Made by a program: the position numbers and the translations under genes. Below the pieces are notes generated by a model. It had not been told where the DNA came from. It did not search any database and saw nothing but the letters and a program-made list of their open reading frames with translations. A stretch of DNA of 32,000 nt from Halorhodospira halophila SL1 (GTDB lineage: Bacteria; Pseudomonadota; Gammaproteobacteria; Nitrococcales; Halorhodospiraceae). Shown in pieces: positions 9,767 to 20,183 of this stretch. Positions within the stretch are counted from its first letter, which is position 1. Each line of letters starts with the position of its first letter. The DNA is taken from assembly GCF_000015585.1 (NCBI RefSeq), contig NC_008789.1, positions 1,920,001 to 1,952,000 on the forward strand. Reading direction: 5' to 3'.

Positions 9767-10072
9767 TTACCCCTTCATCGCATCCATGGCGGCGACGTTG
9801 ATGTCACCGCGTGAACGGAACAGGACCACGACGATGGCCAGACCGATGGCCGCCTCCGCCGCCGCCACCGTGAGGATGAAGAAGACGAAGATCTGCCCGG
9901 CCATATCCTCCAGATAGGCGGAGAAGCCGATGAAGTTGATGTTGACGGCGAGCAGGATCAGCTCGATGCACATCAACAGCAGGATCACGTTCTTCCGGTT
10001 GAGGAAGATGCCTGCCACGCCGAGGGAGAACAGCAACGCCCCCAGGATCAGGAAATCGGACAGCTCGATCAT
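9767..10072 (-). CDS. nuoK: NADH-quinone oxidoreductase subunit K
   Basis: 101-aa 3-TM ORF with the ND4L/NuoK pattern ([15 protein letters not shown]...[13 protein letters not shown]). Confidence 0.95.
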   Translation of the reverse strand: MIELSDFLILGALLFSLGVAGIFLNRKNVILLLMCIELILLAVNINFIGFSAYLEDMAGQIFVFFILTVAAAEAAIGLAIVVVLFRSRGDINVAAMDAMKG

Positions 10073-10120
10073 TGGGCCTTCCCGCTTGCCTTCGCTAGTC
10101 GTTTGCCCGGCTTCGGGCCC

Positions 10121-10732
10121 TTAGTTCTGCCTATGGTCCTGCCGCCGCGAGGACTTCATGCGCACCAGACGCAGGCGGTCGTCCTTCTTCACCGACAGCT
10201 GCCGGGACACGTCCTGCTTATGCGTCCCCTCGCGCCGGCGCAGCGTCAGGGTGATCGCGGCGACGATGGCCAGCAGCAGGATCACCGCCGCGATCTCGAA
10301 CGGGTAGACGTAGACCGTGTACAGCACCCCACCGATGGCCTGGATGTTGTTCACGTCTGCCGCCGGCTCGGGGATCGTGCCGCTGATCAGATCCGCCCGC
10401 TCCGAGACGATGACCGCCACCAGCTGCGCGGCCATCAGCACTGCGACCAGGGCCCCCACCGGGAGGTACCGCGTGAACCCCTCGCGCATCGGGGCGATGT
10501 TGATATCGAGCATCATCAGCACGAAGAGGAAGAGCACCATCACCGCGCCGACGTAGACGAGCACCAGCGCGATCCCCAGGAATTCGGCACCGGCAAGTAC
10601 CCAGATCACCGCGGCGTTGAAGAACGCGAGCACCAGGAACAACGCCGCGTGGACCGGGTTGCGCACCGAGATCACCATGGTCGCTGCGAACAGCAGCACC
10701 CCGGCGAAGATGTAGAAGATCACCTGTTCCAT
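10121..10732 (-). CDS. nuoJ: NADH-quinone oxidoreductase subunit J
   Basis: The ORF-track entry 10121..10849 overlaps nuoI. The ATG at 10732 gives MEQVIFYIFAGVLLFAATMVISVRNPVHAALFLVL, a typical ND6/NuoJ N-terminus (203 aa). GGGAG lies about 10 nt upstream, and the start is 17 nt after the nuoI stop. Confidence 0.9.
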   Translation of the reverse strand: MEQVIFYIFAGVLLFAATMVISVRNPVHAALFLVLAFFNAAVIWVLAGAEFLGIALVLVYVGAVMVLFLFVLMMLDINIAPMREGFTRYLPVGALVAVLMAAQLVAVIVSERADLISGTIPEPAADVNNIQAIGGVLYTVYVYPFEIAAVILLLAIVAAITLTLRRREGTHKQDVSRQLSVKKDDRLRLVRMKSSRRQDHRQN

Positions 10733-10748
10733 AAGCCCGAGGCTCCCA

Positions 10749-11240
10749 TTACCGGTAGGGCGCATCGGCGGCGCGATCGGCCGCCAGCTGGCTCTCGTAC
10801 TTGTCACCCATGGCCAGCAACTTCTGCTTATCGGCGACCCGCTCGTCACGACGCTCCATGTGGAAGGTGTCGAGCCGGGTCAGGACGATGGAGTCCACCG
10901 GGCACGACTCCTCGCAGAAGCCGCAGTAGATGCACTTGAACATGTCGATGTCGTAGCGAGTGGTTCGCCGCGTGCCGTCGGCGCGCTGGTGCGAATCAAT
11001 GGTGATCGCCAGCGCCGGGCACACCGCCTCGCAGAGCTTGCAGGCGATGCAGCGCTCCTCGCCGTTGGGGTAGCGGCGCAGGGCGAGGTGCCCCCGGAAT
11101 CGCGGCGACTTCGGCGCCCGCTCCTCCGGGAACTCCAGCGTGATACTGCGCCGGAATACCATGTGGCGCGCAGTCAGCCGCAGCCCGCGCAGCAGCTCCG
11201 TGAACAGGAAGCTGTTCAGATAGTCGTTCAGCGGTCTCAT
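10749..11240 (-). CDS. nuoI: NADH-quinone oxidoreductase subunit I (2x[4Fe-4S] ferredoxin-type)
   Basis: 163-aa ORF with two CxxCxxCxxxCP motifs ([24 protein letters not shown]). Confidence 0.97.
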   Translation of the reverse strand: MRPLNDYLNSFLFTELLRGLRLTARHMVFRRSITLEFPEERAPKSPRFRGHLALRRYPNGEERCIACKLCEAVCPALAITIDSHQRADGTRRTTRYDIDMFKCIYCGFCEESCPVDSIVLTRLDTFHMERRDERVADKQKLLAMGDKYESQLAADRAADAPYR

Positions 11241-11253
11241 GACCGTACCCCCA

Positions 11254-12267
11254 TCAGAACCAAGGACCGACGCCGCCGTAGACCAGGCCAGTCAGCACCA
11301 CCAGCCACACCACGGTGCCCGGGATCAGAACCTTCCAGCCCAGCCGCATGAGCTGGTCGTAGCGGTAGCGCGGGAAGGTAGCGCGGAACCACAGATAGCA
11401 GAAGGCGAAGAAAGCGGCCTTCGCGAACAGCCACACGATCCCGGGGACCCAGTCAAAGGCCGGCCCGAGGACCGGCAGCCCCTCGAAGGGTGAGTGCCAA
11501 CCGCCCAGGAACAGGGTCGCCGCCAGGAACGAGATCAACAGCATGTTGGCGTACTCGGCCAGGAAAAAGACCGCAAAGGCCATCCCCGAGTACTCCACGT
11601 GGAACCCGGCGACGATCTCCGACTCACCCTCGGCGATGTCGAACGGTGCCCGGTTGGTCTCGGCCACGCCCGAGATCCAGTAGATCAGGAACAGGGGCAA
11701 CAACGGCAGCCAGAACCACTCCCAAAAAGGGCCAGCCTGGGCATGGACGATGCCGCTCAGGTTCATAGTCCCGGCAGCGATCAGCACGCCCACCAACGCG
11801 AAACCCATCGCGATCTCATAGGAGACGACCTGAGCCGAGGCCCGCAGCGTACCGAGCAGGGCGTACTTGGAGTTGGAAGCCCAACCGGCGATGATCAATC
11901 CGTACACGCCCAGCGAGGTCATCGCCAGGATGTAGAGCAGCCCCGCATTGATGTCCGCAACCACCAGGCCATCATCGAAGGGGATCACCGCCCAGGCCGC
12001 CAGCGCCGGCATGATGGCCATCGCCGGTGCGATCAGGAACAGCGTCCGGCTGGCGTAGGTGGGGATGGTGATCTCTTTGAACAGGAGCTTCAGCGCATCG
12101 GCAATGGGCTGCAGCAACCCGCGGGGGCCGACGCGGTTAGGCCCGCGGCGATCCTGCATGTGGCCAATCACCCGCCGCTCGACGTAGGTGAAATAGGCCA
12201 CGGCCAGGAACAGCGGGATCAGGACGGCCCAGATCTTGGCGAACTGCCAGAAGAGTGTCTCGTACAT
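11254..12267 (-). CDS. nuoH: NADH-quinone oxidoreductase subunit H
   Basis: 337-aa ND1/NuoH-like membrane ORF ([57 protein letters not shown]). Confidence 0.97.
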   Translation of the reverse strand: MYETLFWQFAKIWAVLIPLFLAVAYFTYVERRVIGHMQDRRGPNRVGPRGLLQPIADALKLLFKEITIPTYASRTLFLIAPAMAIMPALAAWAVIPFDDGLVVADINAGLLYILAMTSLGVYGLIIAGWASNSKYALLGTLRASAQVVSYEIAMGFALVGVLIAAGTMNLSGIVHAQAGPFWEWFWLPLLPLFLIYWISGVAETNRAPFDIAEGESEIVAGFHVEYSGMAFAVFFLAEYANMLLISFLAATLFLGGWHSPFEGLPVLGPAFDWVPGIVWLFAKAAFFAFCYLWFRATFPRYRYDQLMRLGWKVLIPGTVVWLVVLTGLVYGGVGPWF

Positions 12268-12300
12268 GCCCTCGATCGTCCTTTTCTGCGGCCCTGCGGC

Positions 12301-14688
12301 CTAGAGCGCTTCCAGCGAGACGGTCCCGTACGGGCCGCCGAGCGCCGCGCGCTCATCCAGCCCGGCGGGGATCCAGGCCACGCCTGCCGGCACGGCGTCG
12401 TCGACGACCAGCGGCAATTCCGCCACCCCGCTGTCCGAACGCACCCGGACGCAGCGCGGCTGCGCCTCGGAAAACCCGAGTTCGGCGGCCGTCTGCGCAG
12501 CCAGCACCACCTCGGCTCGACCGGCGATCGGTGCCTGCTGCAGCGGCAAGGAACGGCGCACCAGCGGGTCGCCGGCATAGATCGGCACCCCACCGGCCAG
12601 CGCCAGACCCTGCCCAGGGGACGCCGGAGCGGTCACCGCCCTGGCCGGATACCGGGAGCCAGGCTCCAGATCCCGACACAGACCGGCGAGCTCGCCGTAT
12701 ACGTCGGCGATGTCGTTGTACTCGAAACGCTCCAGCCCCAAAACCGTGCCCAGGGCACGCAGGATTCGCCAGCCGGGCCGTGCCTCACCCTGAGGCTCGG
12801 CGACCCCGCGGCAACTTTGCCAGCGGCCTTCGTTGTTGACGTAGGTGCCGGCGCTCTCGCCGAATGCCCCCATCGGCAGCAGGACGTCGGCCTGGGCGCG
12901 CAGTTGTTCATCCGCGAAGGCGGTCACCGCCACCACCTCCTCGGCTTGCTCCATCGCCTGCCGGGCGGCTTGCGGATCCCACAGGTCGCGGGTCGGCTCC
13001 ACATTCAACAAGAGATAACCCTTGAGGCCGGCGCGCAGCATGCCGTCGGCACTGCGCCCCGCCGGTCGTGCCGGCGCACCGCCGGCCTCACGGTGCGGCA
13101 CCGCGCCGGCGACCCAGCCGCCGGCGGTATTGCCAGCCTCGGCGAGGACCCCCAGACGACCGTTGGCCAGCTCCGCGATGCAACCGCCCAATGCCCGCAG
13201 CGCTGCACCCTGTGGATGGCTGTTCGCCAGGCTGCCGAGCAGGACCGTGGGCCGCTCGGCCGCAGCCAGCCGGCGCGCAACCTCCCGGGCGGAGTCGGTC
13301 ACCGGGCCGGCCACCTCGGCCAGCCCCTCCGGCAGCGCACGCCCTGACCCCTCGGCCAGGGCCGCCGCCACGGCACCGAGCTCGGCGACCAGCTGCGCCG
13401 GCGCCACGGCCCGCTCCACAGCCAGCGGCAGGTTCCAGTCGAAGCGCCGGGGGTTGAGGGCCATGACCTGAGCGCCCGCCCGGGCCGCCTTGCGCAGGCG
13501 GTGATGGATCAGTGGCTGCTCGTGTCGGGTGTACGCGCCAACCAGCAGCGCGGCGTCCACCTGCTCCAGCTCGGCGATGCTCTGCCCCAGATACGGGAAG
13601 GGCGGCGCCTGCTCCTGGTCGGAGGTGTCCACCTCGCGCAGGCGGTGGTCGACGTTGCCGCTGCCCAGCCCACGCAGCAGGCGCGCGGCCAGATAGAGCT
13701 CCTCCAGGGTCGCGCTCGGCGCCAGCAGTCCACCGAGCGCATCGGTCCCGTGGCGCTGGACGACGCCCTGCAGGGCGCCCGCGGCGCGATCCAGGGCGGT
13801 CTCCCAGGGCACCTCGTGCCAACGGCCGTCGCGCTTGAGCATGGGCCGTTCGAGCCGATCGGCGTGCTCAACCCCCTCGATGGCGAAGCGGTCGCGGTCA
13901 GCGATCCACGTCTCGTTGACGGCCTCGTTCTCACGCGGCACGACGCGCTGGATCCGTCCCCGCAGGGTGTGCAGGGCCAGATTCGACCCCACCCCGTCGT
14001 GAGGAGAGACCGCCGGGAAGCTGAGCAACTCCCAGGGGCGGGCGCGGAAGCGAAACGGCTTATTGGTCAGCGCCCCCACCGGGCAAACATCGACCACATT
14101 GGCCGAGAGCTCCGAGTTCAGGCCGGATTCGACATACGTCGAGATCTCGGTGTGCTCCCCACGGCCCATACCACCGAGCTCCTTCTGCCCGGCGACCTCG
14201 TCGAGGAAACGGACGCAGCGCGTGCAGTGGATGCAACGCGTCATCTCGGTAGCAACCAGCGGCCCGAGGTCTTCGTCGGCCACCGCCCGCTTGCCCTCGG
14301 TGAAGCGTGAAATACCGCGGCCATACCCCATGGAGAGGTCCTGCAGTTCGCACTCGCCGCCCTGATCACAGATCGGGCAATCGAGCGGGTGGTTGATCAG
14401 CAGGAACTCCATGACGCCGCGCTGCGCCTTGATGGCCGTTTCCGACGCAGTGCGCACCACCATGCCGTCGGCCACCGAGGTCGCGCAGGCCGGCAGCGGC
14501 TTGGGCGCCTTCTCGACCTCGACCAGGCACATCCGGCAGTTGGCCACCACGGAGAGGTGCTTGTGATAGCAGAACCGCGGGATGTGGATCCCATGACGGT
14601 CGGTGGCCTGAATCAGCATCTCGCCCTTGCGGGCCTCGATGGAGCAGCCATCGACCTCGATGGTGACCGTCTCCTCGTTCGCACTCAT
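12301..14688 (-). CDS. nuoG: NADH-quinone oxidoreductase subunit G (75-kDa Fe-S subunit)
   Basis: 795-aa ORF with an N-terminal 2Fe-2S region and 4Fe-4S motifs ([54 protein letters not shown]). Its ATG overlaps the nuoF stop (ATGA). Confidence 0.96.
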   Translation of the reverse strand: MSANEETVTIEVDGCSIEARKGEMLIQATDRHGIHIPRFCYHKHLSVVANCRMCLVEVEKAPKPLPACATSVADGMVVRTASETAIKAQRGVMEFLLINHPLDCPICDQGGECELQDLSMGYGRGISRFTEGKRAVADEDLGPLVATEMTRCIHCTRCVRFLDEVAGQKELGGMGRGEHTEISTYVESGLNSELSANVVDVCPVGALTNKPFRFRARPWELLSFPAVSPHDGVGSNLALHTLRGRIQRVVPRENEAVNETWIADRDRFAIEGVEHADRLERPMLKRDGRWHEVPWETALDRAAGALQGVVQRHGTDALGGLLAPSATLEELYLAARLLRGLGSGNVDHRLREVDTSDQEQAPPFPYLGQSIAELEQVDAALLVGAYTRHEQPLIHHRLRKAARAGAQVMALNPRRFDWNLPLAVERAVAPAQLVAELGAVAAALAEGSGRALPEGLAEVAGPVTDSAREVARRLAAAERPTVLLGSLANSHPQGAALRALGGCIAELANGRLGVLAEAGNTAGGWVAGAVPHREAGGAPARPAGRSADGMLRAGLKGYLLLNVEPTRDLWDPQAARQAMEQAEEVVAVTAFADEQLRAQADVLLPMGAFGESAGTYVNNEGRWQSCRGVAEPQGEARPGWRILRALGTVLGLERFEYNDIADVYGELAGLCRDLEPGSRYPARAVTAPASPGQGLALAGGVPIYAGDPLVRRSLPLQQAPIAGRAEVVLAAQTAAELGFSEAQPRCVRVRSDSGVAELPLVVDDAVPAGVAWIPAGLDERAALGGPYGTVSLEAL

Positions 14689-15965
14689 GCCGCCGCCTCC
14701 ACCGGGGATCGACCGTGCTCGATGTAGTGTTCGAACTCGTGCCGGAAATGCTGAATGAAACTCTGCACAGGCGTGGCCGCCGCTTCGCCGAAGGCGCAGA
14801 TGGTGTGCCCGGCGATCTGTCCCGGCACCTCTTCGAGCATGCGCAGGTCGTCGTAGGTACCACGGCCCTCGTAGATCCGCTGGACCGCGCGGTACAGCCA
14901 GCCCGTGCCCTCACGACACGGCGTACACTGCCCGCACGACTCGGCGTAATAGAAGCGCGTGATCCGGGCGAGAATGCGCACCATATCCGTGGTCTCGTCT
15001 ATCACGACGACGGCGCCGGAACCGAGCATCGAGCCAGCAGCAGCGATGCTGTCGTAGTCCATATCGGTCTCGAGCATCGTCTCGCCGGGCACCACCGGCG
15101 TGGAACTCCCCCCCGGGATCACCGCCTTGAGCCGATGGCCCGCCCGCACGCCGCCGGCCATCTCCAGCAGCTCGCGGAAGGGCGTGCCCATGGGGATCTC
15201 GTAGTTGCCCGGACACGCCACGTGCCCGGAGACCGAGAAGATCTTCTCGCCACCGTTATTGGGCTTGCCGAGGTTGAGGAACCACTCGGCCCCGTTGCGG
15301 ATCACCGCCGGCACCGAGGCAAGGGTCTCGGTGTTGTTGATCGTCGTCGGCTTCCCGTAGATACCGACTTGCGCCGGGAACGGCGGCTTGTAGCGAGGCT
15401 GGCCTTTCTTGCCCTCGAGCGACTCCATCAGCGCCGACTCCTCGCCGCAGATGTAGGCGCCGGCGCCGTAGTGGTTGTGCAGCTCGAAATCGAACCCGGA
15501 GCCGAGGATATCCCGCCCCAGGTAGCCGGCCTTGCGGGCCTCGGCGACGGCCTGTTCCATGCGCTCGAAGGGCTCGTGGTGGAACTCGCCGCGCAGATAG
15601 TTGTACCCGACGGTCGCCCCCATGGCATAGCCGGCGATGATCATCCCCTCGACCACCGCGTGGGGGTTGAAGCGCAGGATGTCGTGATCCTTGCAGGTCC
15701 CCGGCTCCGATTCGTCGGAGTTACAGATCAGGTACTTCTGCCCGGCACGGTCGCGTGGCATGAACCCCCACTTGATCCCGGGCGGGAAACCGGCGCCACC
15801 GCGCCCGCGCAGGGCGCTCTGCTTGACCTCGTCGACGACCTCCTGGGGCGACATGGGCGTGCGCAGCACGCGCTCGAGGGCCCTGTAACCACCTACCTTG
15901 CGGTAGGTCTCCAGGCTCCACGGCTCGTCATAGCCCAGGGTCGTATAACAAACTTGGTTGACCAT
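14685..15965 (-). CDS. nuoF: NADH-quinone oxidoreductase subunit F (FMN/NADH-binding)
   Basis: 426-aa ORF with [33 protein letters not shown] and the N3 cluster motif [14 protein letters not shown] is GGAGGGG. Confidence 0.97.
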   Translation of the reverse strand: MVNQVCYTTLGYDEPWSLETYRKVGGYRALERVLRTPMSPQEVVDEVKQSALRGRGGAGFPPGIKWGFMPRDRAGQKYLICNSDESEPGTCKDHDILRFNPHAVVEGMIIAGYAMGATVGYNYLRGEFHHEPFERMEQAVAEARKAGYLGRDILGSGFDFELHNHYGAGAYICGEESALMESLEGKKGQPRYKPPFPAQVGIYGKPTTINNTETLASVPAVIRNGAEWFLNLGKPNNGGEKIFSVSGHVACPGNYEIPMGTPFRELLEMAGGVRAGHRLKAVIPGGSSTPVVPGETMLETDMDYDSIAAAGSMLGSGAVVVIDETTDMVRILARITRFYYAESCGQCTPCREGTGWLYRAVQRIYEGRGTYDDLRMLEEVPGQIAGHTICAFGEAAATPVQSFIQHFRHEFEHYIEHGRSPVEAAA

Positions 15966-15986
15966 GACCCCTCCGCGCCCTGCGGC

Positions 15987-16499
15987 TCAGCTCAGCCCGT
16001 CGAGGATCTCGTCGATCCGCTCGCGGGTCAGATGGGTGTAGTAGTGCCCGTCGACGACCATCATCGGCGCCCGCGTACAGGCGGCCAGGCACTCCTCTTC
16101 GCGCACCAGCGTGATGCGCCCGTCCGGCGTGGTCTCACCCAAACGGATGCCGAGCTTTTCCTCGGCGTACGCCACCAGCTCGTCGGCGCCGTTGAGGCAG
16201 CACGAGATGTTGGTGCAGAAATTCACCTTGTGTCGTCCCACCGGCTCATCGAGGTGGAACATGGAATAGAAGGTCGCCACCTCGAAGGCGCTGGCCCGGG
16301 GCATGCCGATATAGTCCGCCGCCGCCGCCACGTGGCTGCGCTCCAGCCAGCCGCCGTTGTCGTCCTGCAGGATATGCAGCGCCGGAATGATGGCCGATGC
16401 CCGGCCCTGTTCGTCATCGGGATACTTGGCCAGCCAATGATCGATACGCCGGCGCTGATCCGCGTTCAGGATCTCTGCTTCCACCGTCCGCTCCGTCAC
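15987..16499 (-). CDS. nuoE: NADH-quinone oxidoreductase subunit E (2Fe-2S)
   Basis: The ORF-track entry 15987..16997 runs far into nuoD. A GTG at 16499 overlaps the nuoD TGA (GTGA) and gives (M)[26 protein letters not shown]..., 170 aa. It carries the NuoE cysteine pattern ([10 protein letters not shown] ... [11 protein letters not shown]). No in-frame ATG is available near the homologous N-terminus. Confidence 0.88.
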   Translation of the reverse strand: MTERTVEAEILNADQRRRIDHWLAKYPDDEQGRASAIIPALHILQDDNGGWLERSHVAAAADYIGMPRASAFEVATFYSMFHLDEPVGRHKVNFCTNISCCLNGADELVAYAEEKLGIRLGETTPDGRITLVREEECLAACTRAPMMVVDGHYYTHLTRERIDEILDGLS

Positions 16500-17749
16500 C
16501 GGTCCACCTCCCCGAAGACCACATCCAGCGAGCCGATCAAGGTCACCACATCGGCCAACATGTAGCCGCGAATCATCTCGTCGGTAGCCGCCAAGTGGTA
16601 ATAGCACGGCGGCCGAACCTTGAGCCGGTACGGCTTGTTGGCACCGTCCGAGATCAAGTAGACCCCGAACTCGCCCTTCGGCGCCTCGACCGCCGCGTAC
16701 ACCTCGCCGGGGGGCGTGCAGTACCCCTCGGTAAAGAGCTTGAAGTGATGGATGAGGGACTCCATGTCGTCCTTCATCTCTTCCCGGGTCGGCGGCGTGA
16801 CCTTGGGATCGTCGATACGCACCGGACCCGGGTTGGCTCGCAGCCAATCCACGCACTGCTTGATGATGCGCACCGACTGGCGCATCTCCTCGACGCGCAC
16901 CAGGTAGCGGTCGTAGGAGTCGCCGTTGACGCCGACCGGGATGTCGAAATCGACCCGGTCGTAGGCAGCGTAGGGTTGCTTTTTGCGCAGGTCCCAAGCC
17001 ACCCCGGAACCGCGCAGCAGGGGACCCGTGAACCCGAGCTCCACGGCGCGCTCGGCGGAGACCGGGCAGATGTCCACCAGCCGCTGCTTCCAGATCCGGT
17101 TCTCAGTCAGCAGCGTCTCGTACTCATCCACGCAGGCCGGGAAGCGCTCGCAAAAATCGTCCAGGAAGTCGAGCACCGAACCCTCCCGGGCGCGGTTCAT
17201 CTCGCGCAGCTCTTTGTCGCTGCGGTAGGCCGAGGGCTCGTACTTCGGCATCTGATCCGGGAGATCCCGGTGCACCCCGCCGGGCCGGTAGTAGGTCGCG
17301 TGCATCCGCGCGCCGGAGACCGCCTCGTAGACATCCATGAGGTCTTCCCGCTCGCGGAAGGTGTACAGGAACGCGGTCATGGCACCGACGTCGAGGCCGT
17401 GCCCGCCCAACCACATCAAGTGATTCAGGATGCGGGTGACCTCGTCCATCATCGTGCGGATGTACTGCGCCCGCAGCGGCGGCTCGATCCCCAAAAGCTT
17501 CTCGATGGCGCGCACGTAGCCGTGCTCGTTGCACATCATCGAGACGTAGTCGAGCCGGTCCATGTAGCCGATGGACTGGTTGTAAGGCTTGGACTCGGCC
17601 AGCTTTTCGGTGGCCCGGTGCAGCAAACCGATGTGGGGGTCGGCACGGCGCACCGCCTCCCCCTCCATCTCCAGCACCAAGCGCAACACCCCGTGGGCGG
17701 CCGGGTGCTGCGGGCCGAAGTTCAGGGTGTAGCTCTGGAACTCAGCCAT
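16496..17749 (-). CDS. nuoD: NADH-quinone oxidoreductase subunit D (49-kDa)
   Basis: The ATG at 17749 gives [31 protein letters not shown], the canonical NuoD N-terminus (417 aa). SD GGAGGG lies upstream. The start overlaps the nuoC stop by 8 nt. The ORF-track start at 17863 is an extension into nuoC. Confidence 0.95.
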   Translation of the reverse strand: MAEFQSYTLNFGPQHPAAHGVLRLVLEMEGEAVRRADPHIGLLHRATEKLAESKPYNQSIGYMDRLDYVSMMCNEHGYVRAIEKLLGIEPPLRAQYIRTMMDEVTRILNHLMWLGGHGLDVGAMTAFLYTFREREDLMDVYEAVSGARMHATYYRPGGVHRDLPDQMPKYEPSAYRSDKELREMNRAREGSVLDFLDDFCERFPACVDEYETLLTENRIWKQRLVDICPVSAERAVELGFTGPLLRGSGVAWDLRKKQPYAAYDRVDFDIPVGVNGDSYDRYLVRVEEMRQSVRIIKQCVDWLRANPGPVRIDDPKVTPPTREEMKDDMESLIHHFKLFTEGYCTPPGEVYAAVEAPKGEFGVYLISDGANKPYRLKVRPPCYYHLAATDEMIRGYMLADVVTLIGSLDVVFGEVDR

Positions 17750-18482
17750 CGGCTTGTCCCTCCGTGCCTTCCGCCTTCTGCGGTGCGGCATAGCGGTTGT
17801 CTTCACGGATGACCCGCGGCACCAGCACCCGCGGCTCGATCTCCACCGGGCCGTAGACCACACGGCCTTTTTCGGGGTCGTAGCGCGGCTCGACGTTGCC
17901 GATCAGCGGGAAGTCCTTACGGAACGGATGACCCACGAAGCCGTAATCGGTCAGGATGCGGCGCAGGTCCGGATGGCCTTCGAAAACAATGCCGTAGAGG
18001 TCGAAGGCCTCCCGCTCGGCCCAGTTGGCGCAGGGCCAGATGCCGGTTACCGACGGCAGGACCGGGAGGTCGTCGTCTTCGGCGAAGCAGCGCACGCGTA
18101 GACGGTGGTTGTGGGTCAGCGACAGCAGCTGATAGACCGCCGCGAAGCGCCGACCGGTCTGCTCCTCGATCGACTGCACACCGTAGATGCCGGTCAGGCC
18201 CAAGCGCCCGAAGCCCGGCTCCGTAACGCCGCGGCTGAAGCCCGTGCCGGTCGCCGACTCGGTGATCCACTCGTCCTGGCCGTAAGCCGCGTAATCAACC
18301 CCGGCAACATCGGAAAGCTGCTCGAAGCGCCACTCGGCACCGTCTCGCAGTTCGGTCATGACCGCCAGCAGGTCGGCAGGCCGGACGTCTGCCGTCACCT
18401 CGCCGCGCTCGAGCCAGCAATCGGTCAAACGGCCACCGAAATGGCCGCGGAGCTGCTCTAAGAGGCTCTCGGGCTCAGCCAT
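17742..18482 (-). CDS. nuoC: NADH-quinone oxidoreductase subunit C (30-kDa), not fused to NuoD
   Basis: 246-aa ORF with conserved core [45 protein letters not shown]. Confidence 0.95.
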   Translation of the reverse strand: MAEPESLLEQLRGHFGGRLTDCWLERGEVTADVRPADLLAVMTELRDGAEWRFEQLSDVAGVDYAAYGQDEWITESATGTGFSRGVTEPGFGRLGLTGIYGVQSIEEQTGRRFAAVYQLLSLTHNHRLRVRCFAEDDDLPVLPSVTGIWPCANWAEREAFDLYGIVFEGHPDLRRILTDYGFVGHPFRKDFPLIGNVEPRYDPEKGRVVYGPVEIEPRVLVPRVIREDNRYAAPQKAEGTEGQADG

Positions 18483-18491
18483 GACTTTCCC

Positions 18492-18968
18492 TCAACGTGC
18501 GATGGTGTTGGTCCGGCGGATCTTGTTCTGCAGCTGCAGAATGCCGTAGTAGAGCGCCTCGGCCGTCGGCGGACAGCCGGGTACGTAGATGTCTACGGGG
18601 ACGATGCGGTCACAGCCCCGGGTGACCGAGTAGGAGTAGTGGTAGTATCCCCCACCGTTGGCGCACGAGCCCATGGAGATCACCCATTTCGGCTCGGGCA
18701 TCTGGTCGTAGACCTTACGCAGGGCCGGGGCCATCTTGTTACAGAGTGTGCCCGCCACGATCATTACGTCGGACTGTCGGGGGCTGGGCCGGAAGATCAG
18801 GCCATTGCGGTCCATGTCGTATCGACCCGCCGCAGTGTGCATCATCTCGACCGCACAGCAGGCCAGACCGAAGGTCATGGGCCAAAGCGAACCGGTCCGC
18901 GCCCAGTTGATCAACTTATCGGCGGAGGTGGTCACGTACCCCCGCTCTAGGATGCCTTCTACTCCCAT
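18492..18968 (-). CDS. nuoB: NADH-quinone oxidoreductase subunit B (N2 cluster, PSST)
   Basis: 158-aa ORF with motifs [26 protein letters not shown] and VPGCPP. Its ATG overlaps the nuoA 3' end by 10 nt. Confidence 0.97.
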   Translation of the reverse strand: MGVEGILERGYVTTSADKLINWARTGSLWPMTFGLACCAVEMMHTAAGRYDMDRNGLIFRPSPRQSDVMIVAGTLCNKMAPALRKVYDQMPEPKWVISMGSCANGGGYYHYSYSVTRGCDRIVPVDIYVPGCPPTAEALYYGILQLQNKIRRTNTIAR

Positions 18969-19315
18969 TCCAGCGCCCCTTTACGCCACTCGTAGAGCAA
19001 ACCGATCACAAGAAGTCCAACGAACAGGCCCATGGCCAAGATGCCGAACAGGCCTATATCGTCCAACACAACCGCCCAAGGGAAGAGAAAGGCGATCTCG
19101 AGATCGAAGAGGATGAACAGAATGGCGACGAGGTAGTAGCGCACATCGAACTTCATGCGCGAGTCCTCAAAGGCCTCGAAGCCGCACTCGTAAGGCGACT
19201 GCTTTTCCGGATCTTCACGCCGAGGACCGAGCACGAACCCGGCAGCCAGAGGCAGGACGCCGAAGACGAGCCCGACGACAATGAAGAGCAGAACCGGAAG
19301 GTAATTCTCTAGCAT
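18959..19315 (-). CDS. nuoA: NADH-quinone oxidoreductase subunit A
   Basis: The ATG at 19315 gives [19 protein letters not shown]...[40 protein letters not shown], 118 aa, the usual short NuoA form. SD GGAG lies about 11 nt upstream. The ORF-track start at 19378 adds 21 non-conserved residues. Confidence 0.9.
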   Translation of the reverse strand: MLENYLPVLLFIVVGLVFGVLPLAAGFVLGPRREDPEKQSPYECGFEAFEDSRMKFDVRYYLVAILFILFDLEIAFLFPWAVVLDDIGLFGILAMGLFVGLLVIGLLYEWRKGALEWE

Positions 19316-19384
19316 CGTTCGCCGCTCCGCTGGTGGCAACACGAGGCCGGCGCAAGCCCCAACCCCCGTGTCGAACATCGCTGG

Positions 19385-19414
19385 AGTTTACGGAGCGCTC
19401 TGTCTCCGTGTCAA
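19385..19414 (-). promoter_or_regulatory. sigma70-type promoter candidate for the nuo operon
   Basis: The minus strand carries TTGACA (19414-19409), an 18-nt spacer and TAAACT (19390-19385), about 65-70 nt upstream of the nuoA ATG. The spacer contains the palindrome GAGCGCTC flanked by CGGAG/CTCCG arms. Confidence 0.45.
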
Positions 19415-19574
19415 CTCAGCGCGTTTCGTAACTTGCTGATTATAAAGACGTTATGGTGCCGAGAAACGATCGTGACGGTTGCGGGATATCAATCCCGGCC
19501 GCCAGCGTGACCAAGCGTAAGGCTTCGGGATGGGGAGGGATCGCGCAGGGGCGCGGAGGGTAAGGAGAGATAAA

Positions 19575-19659
19575 TGGTGCCGAAGGCCGGACTCGAACCG
19601 GCACGGCTTTCGCCACCGCCCCCTCAAGACGGCGTGTCTACCAGTTCCACCACTTCGGC
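19575..19659 (-). tRNA. leuU: tRNA-Leu (anticodon GAG)
   Basis: The 85-nt type II tRNA is GCCGAAGTGGTGGAACTGGTAGACACGCCGTCTTGAGGGGGCGGTGGCGAAAGCCGTGCCGGTTCGAGTCCGGCCTTCGGCACCA. The 7-bp acceptor is GCCGAAG/CTTCGGC and the anticodon loop is TTGAGGG. It has a long variable arm (GGC-GAAA-GCC), a T-arm GCCGG-TTCGAGT-CCGGC and an encoded CCA. It lies downstream of secG, as E. coli leuU does. Confidence 0.95.
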
Positions 19660-19707
19660 ACGTAGACGTTGTTGCGCGGGCGTTTACCCTGCCCTAACGC
19701 GGGAAAG

Positions 19708-19736
19708 ATGATAGCAATCCTTATCCCGCGAATCAA
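19708..19736 (-). promoter_or_regulatory. sigma70-type promoter candidate for tRNA-Leu
   Basis: The minus strand carries TTGATT (19736-19731), a 17-nt spacer and TATCAT (19713-19708). A GC-rich discriminator (CTTTCCCGCG) follows. The promoter is about 40-50 nt upstream of the mature tRNA 5' end, in the secG/tRNA gap. Confidence 0.45.
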
Positions 19737-19757
19737 TCCCGTGATCGCGGAAACCGG

Positions 19758-20174
19758 CTACTCTTCTCCTTCCCCCTCCCCAGGCGCCTCCGGCCCCACC
19801 GGCTCGCCAGGGGCTTCCGGTGCCGGGGCATCCTCGTCAGCCGGCATATCCGGGGCCGCCGGCGCCTCGGGGTCGGTCTCTTCCTCGTCGTCGCTCTCCA
19901 GCACGCCCTCGTCATCGCCGATCACCGAGGCACCGCCACCAACCCCCTGGGCGGCAATCACCGCGAGCCCGAGACTGGTGAGGAAGAAGGTTGTCCCCAA
20001 GGTCGCAATCAGCTTGGTCATGAAGGTTGCTGCCCCGCGCGAGCCGAATACGGTGCTCGACGCACCGCTGCCGAAGGCGGCTCCCATGTCAGCGCCCTTT
20101 CCCTGGTTCAGCAGCACGAGCACCACCAGGGCTACGGCGATGACGATATGGACGGCAAGCAACGCTTCAAACAT
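19758..20174 (-). CDS. secG: preprotein translocase subunit SecG with an acidic, Pro-rich C-terminal tail
   Basis: 138-aa ORF. The N-terminal 75 residues match the SecG pattern (LLAVHIVIAVALVVLVLLNQGKGADMGAAFGSGASSTVFGSRGAATFMTK, second TM TTFFLTSLGLAVIAA). The tail is D/E/P/A low complexity. Confidence 0.93.
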   Translation of the reverse strand: MFEALLAVHIVIAVALVVLVLLNQGKGADMGAAFGSGASSTVFGSRGAATFMTKLIATLGTTFFLTSLGLAVIAAQGVGGGASVIGDDEGVLESDDEEETDPEAPAAPDMPADEDAPAPEAPGEPVGPEAPGEGEGEE

Positions 20175-20183
20175 GGGTCTACC

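Noticed and set aside
18959-19378. Leaderless, N-terminally extended NuoA starting at ATG 19378, which coincides with the predicted +1 of the TTGACA/TAAACT promoter
   Set aside because: The 21 extra residues ([21 protein letters not shown]) are not NuoA-like. The canonical ATG at 19315 has its own GGAG SD. The promoter +1 position is only a prediction. This is kept as a note inside the nuo-promoter finding.
19488-19741. 10-mer CGGGATTGAT (minus strand) present twice, at 19489-19498 and 19732-19741, in the two intergenic regions flanking tRNA-Leu
   Set aside because: There are only two copies of a short motif. One copy is simply part of the tRNA-Leu -35 region and the other is part of a small palindrome (CGGGAT-TGAT-ATCCCG). 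This is compatible with chance, and there is no evidence of a repeat family.
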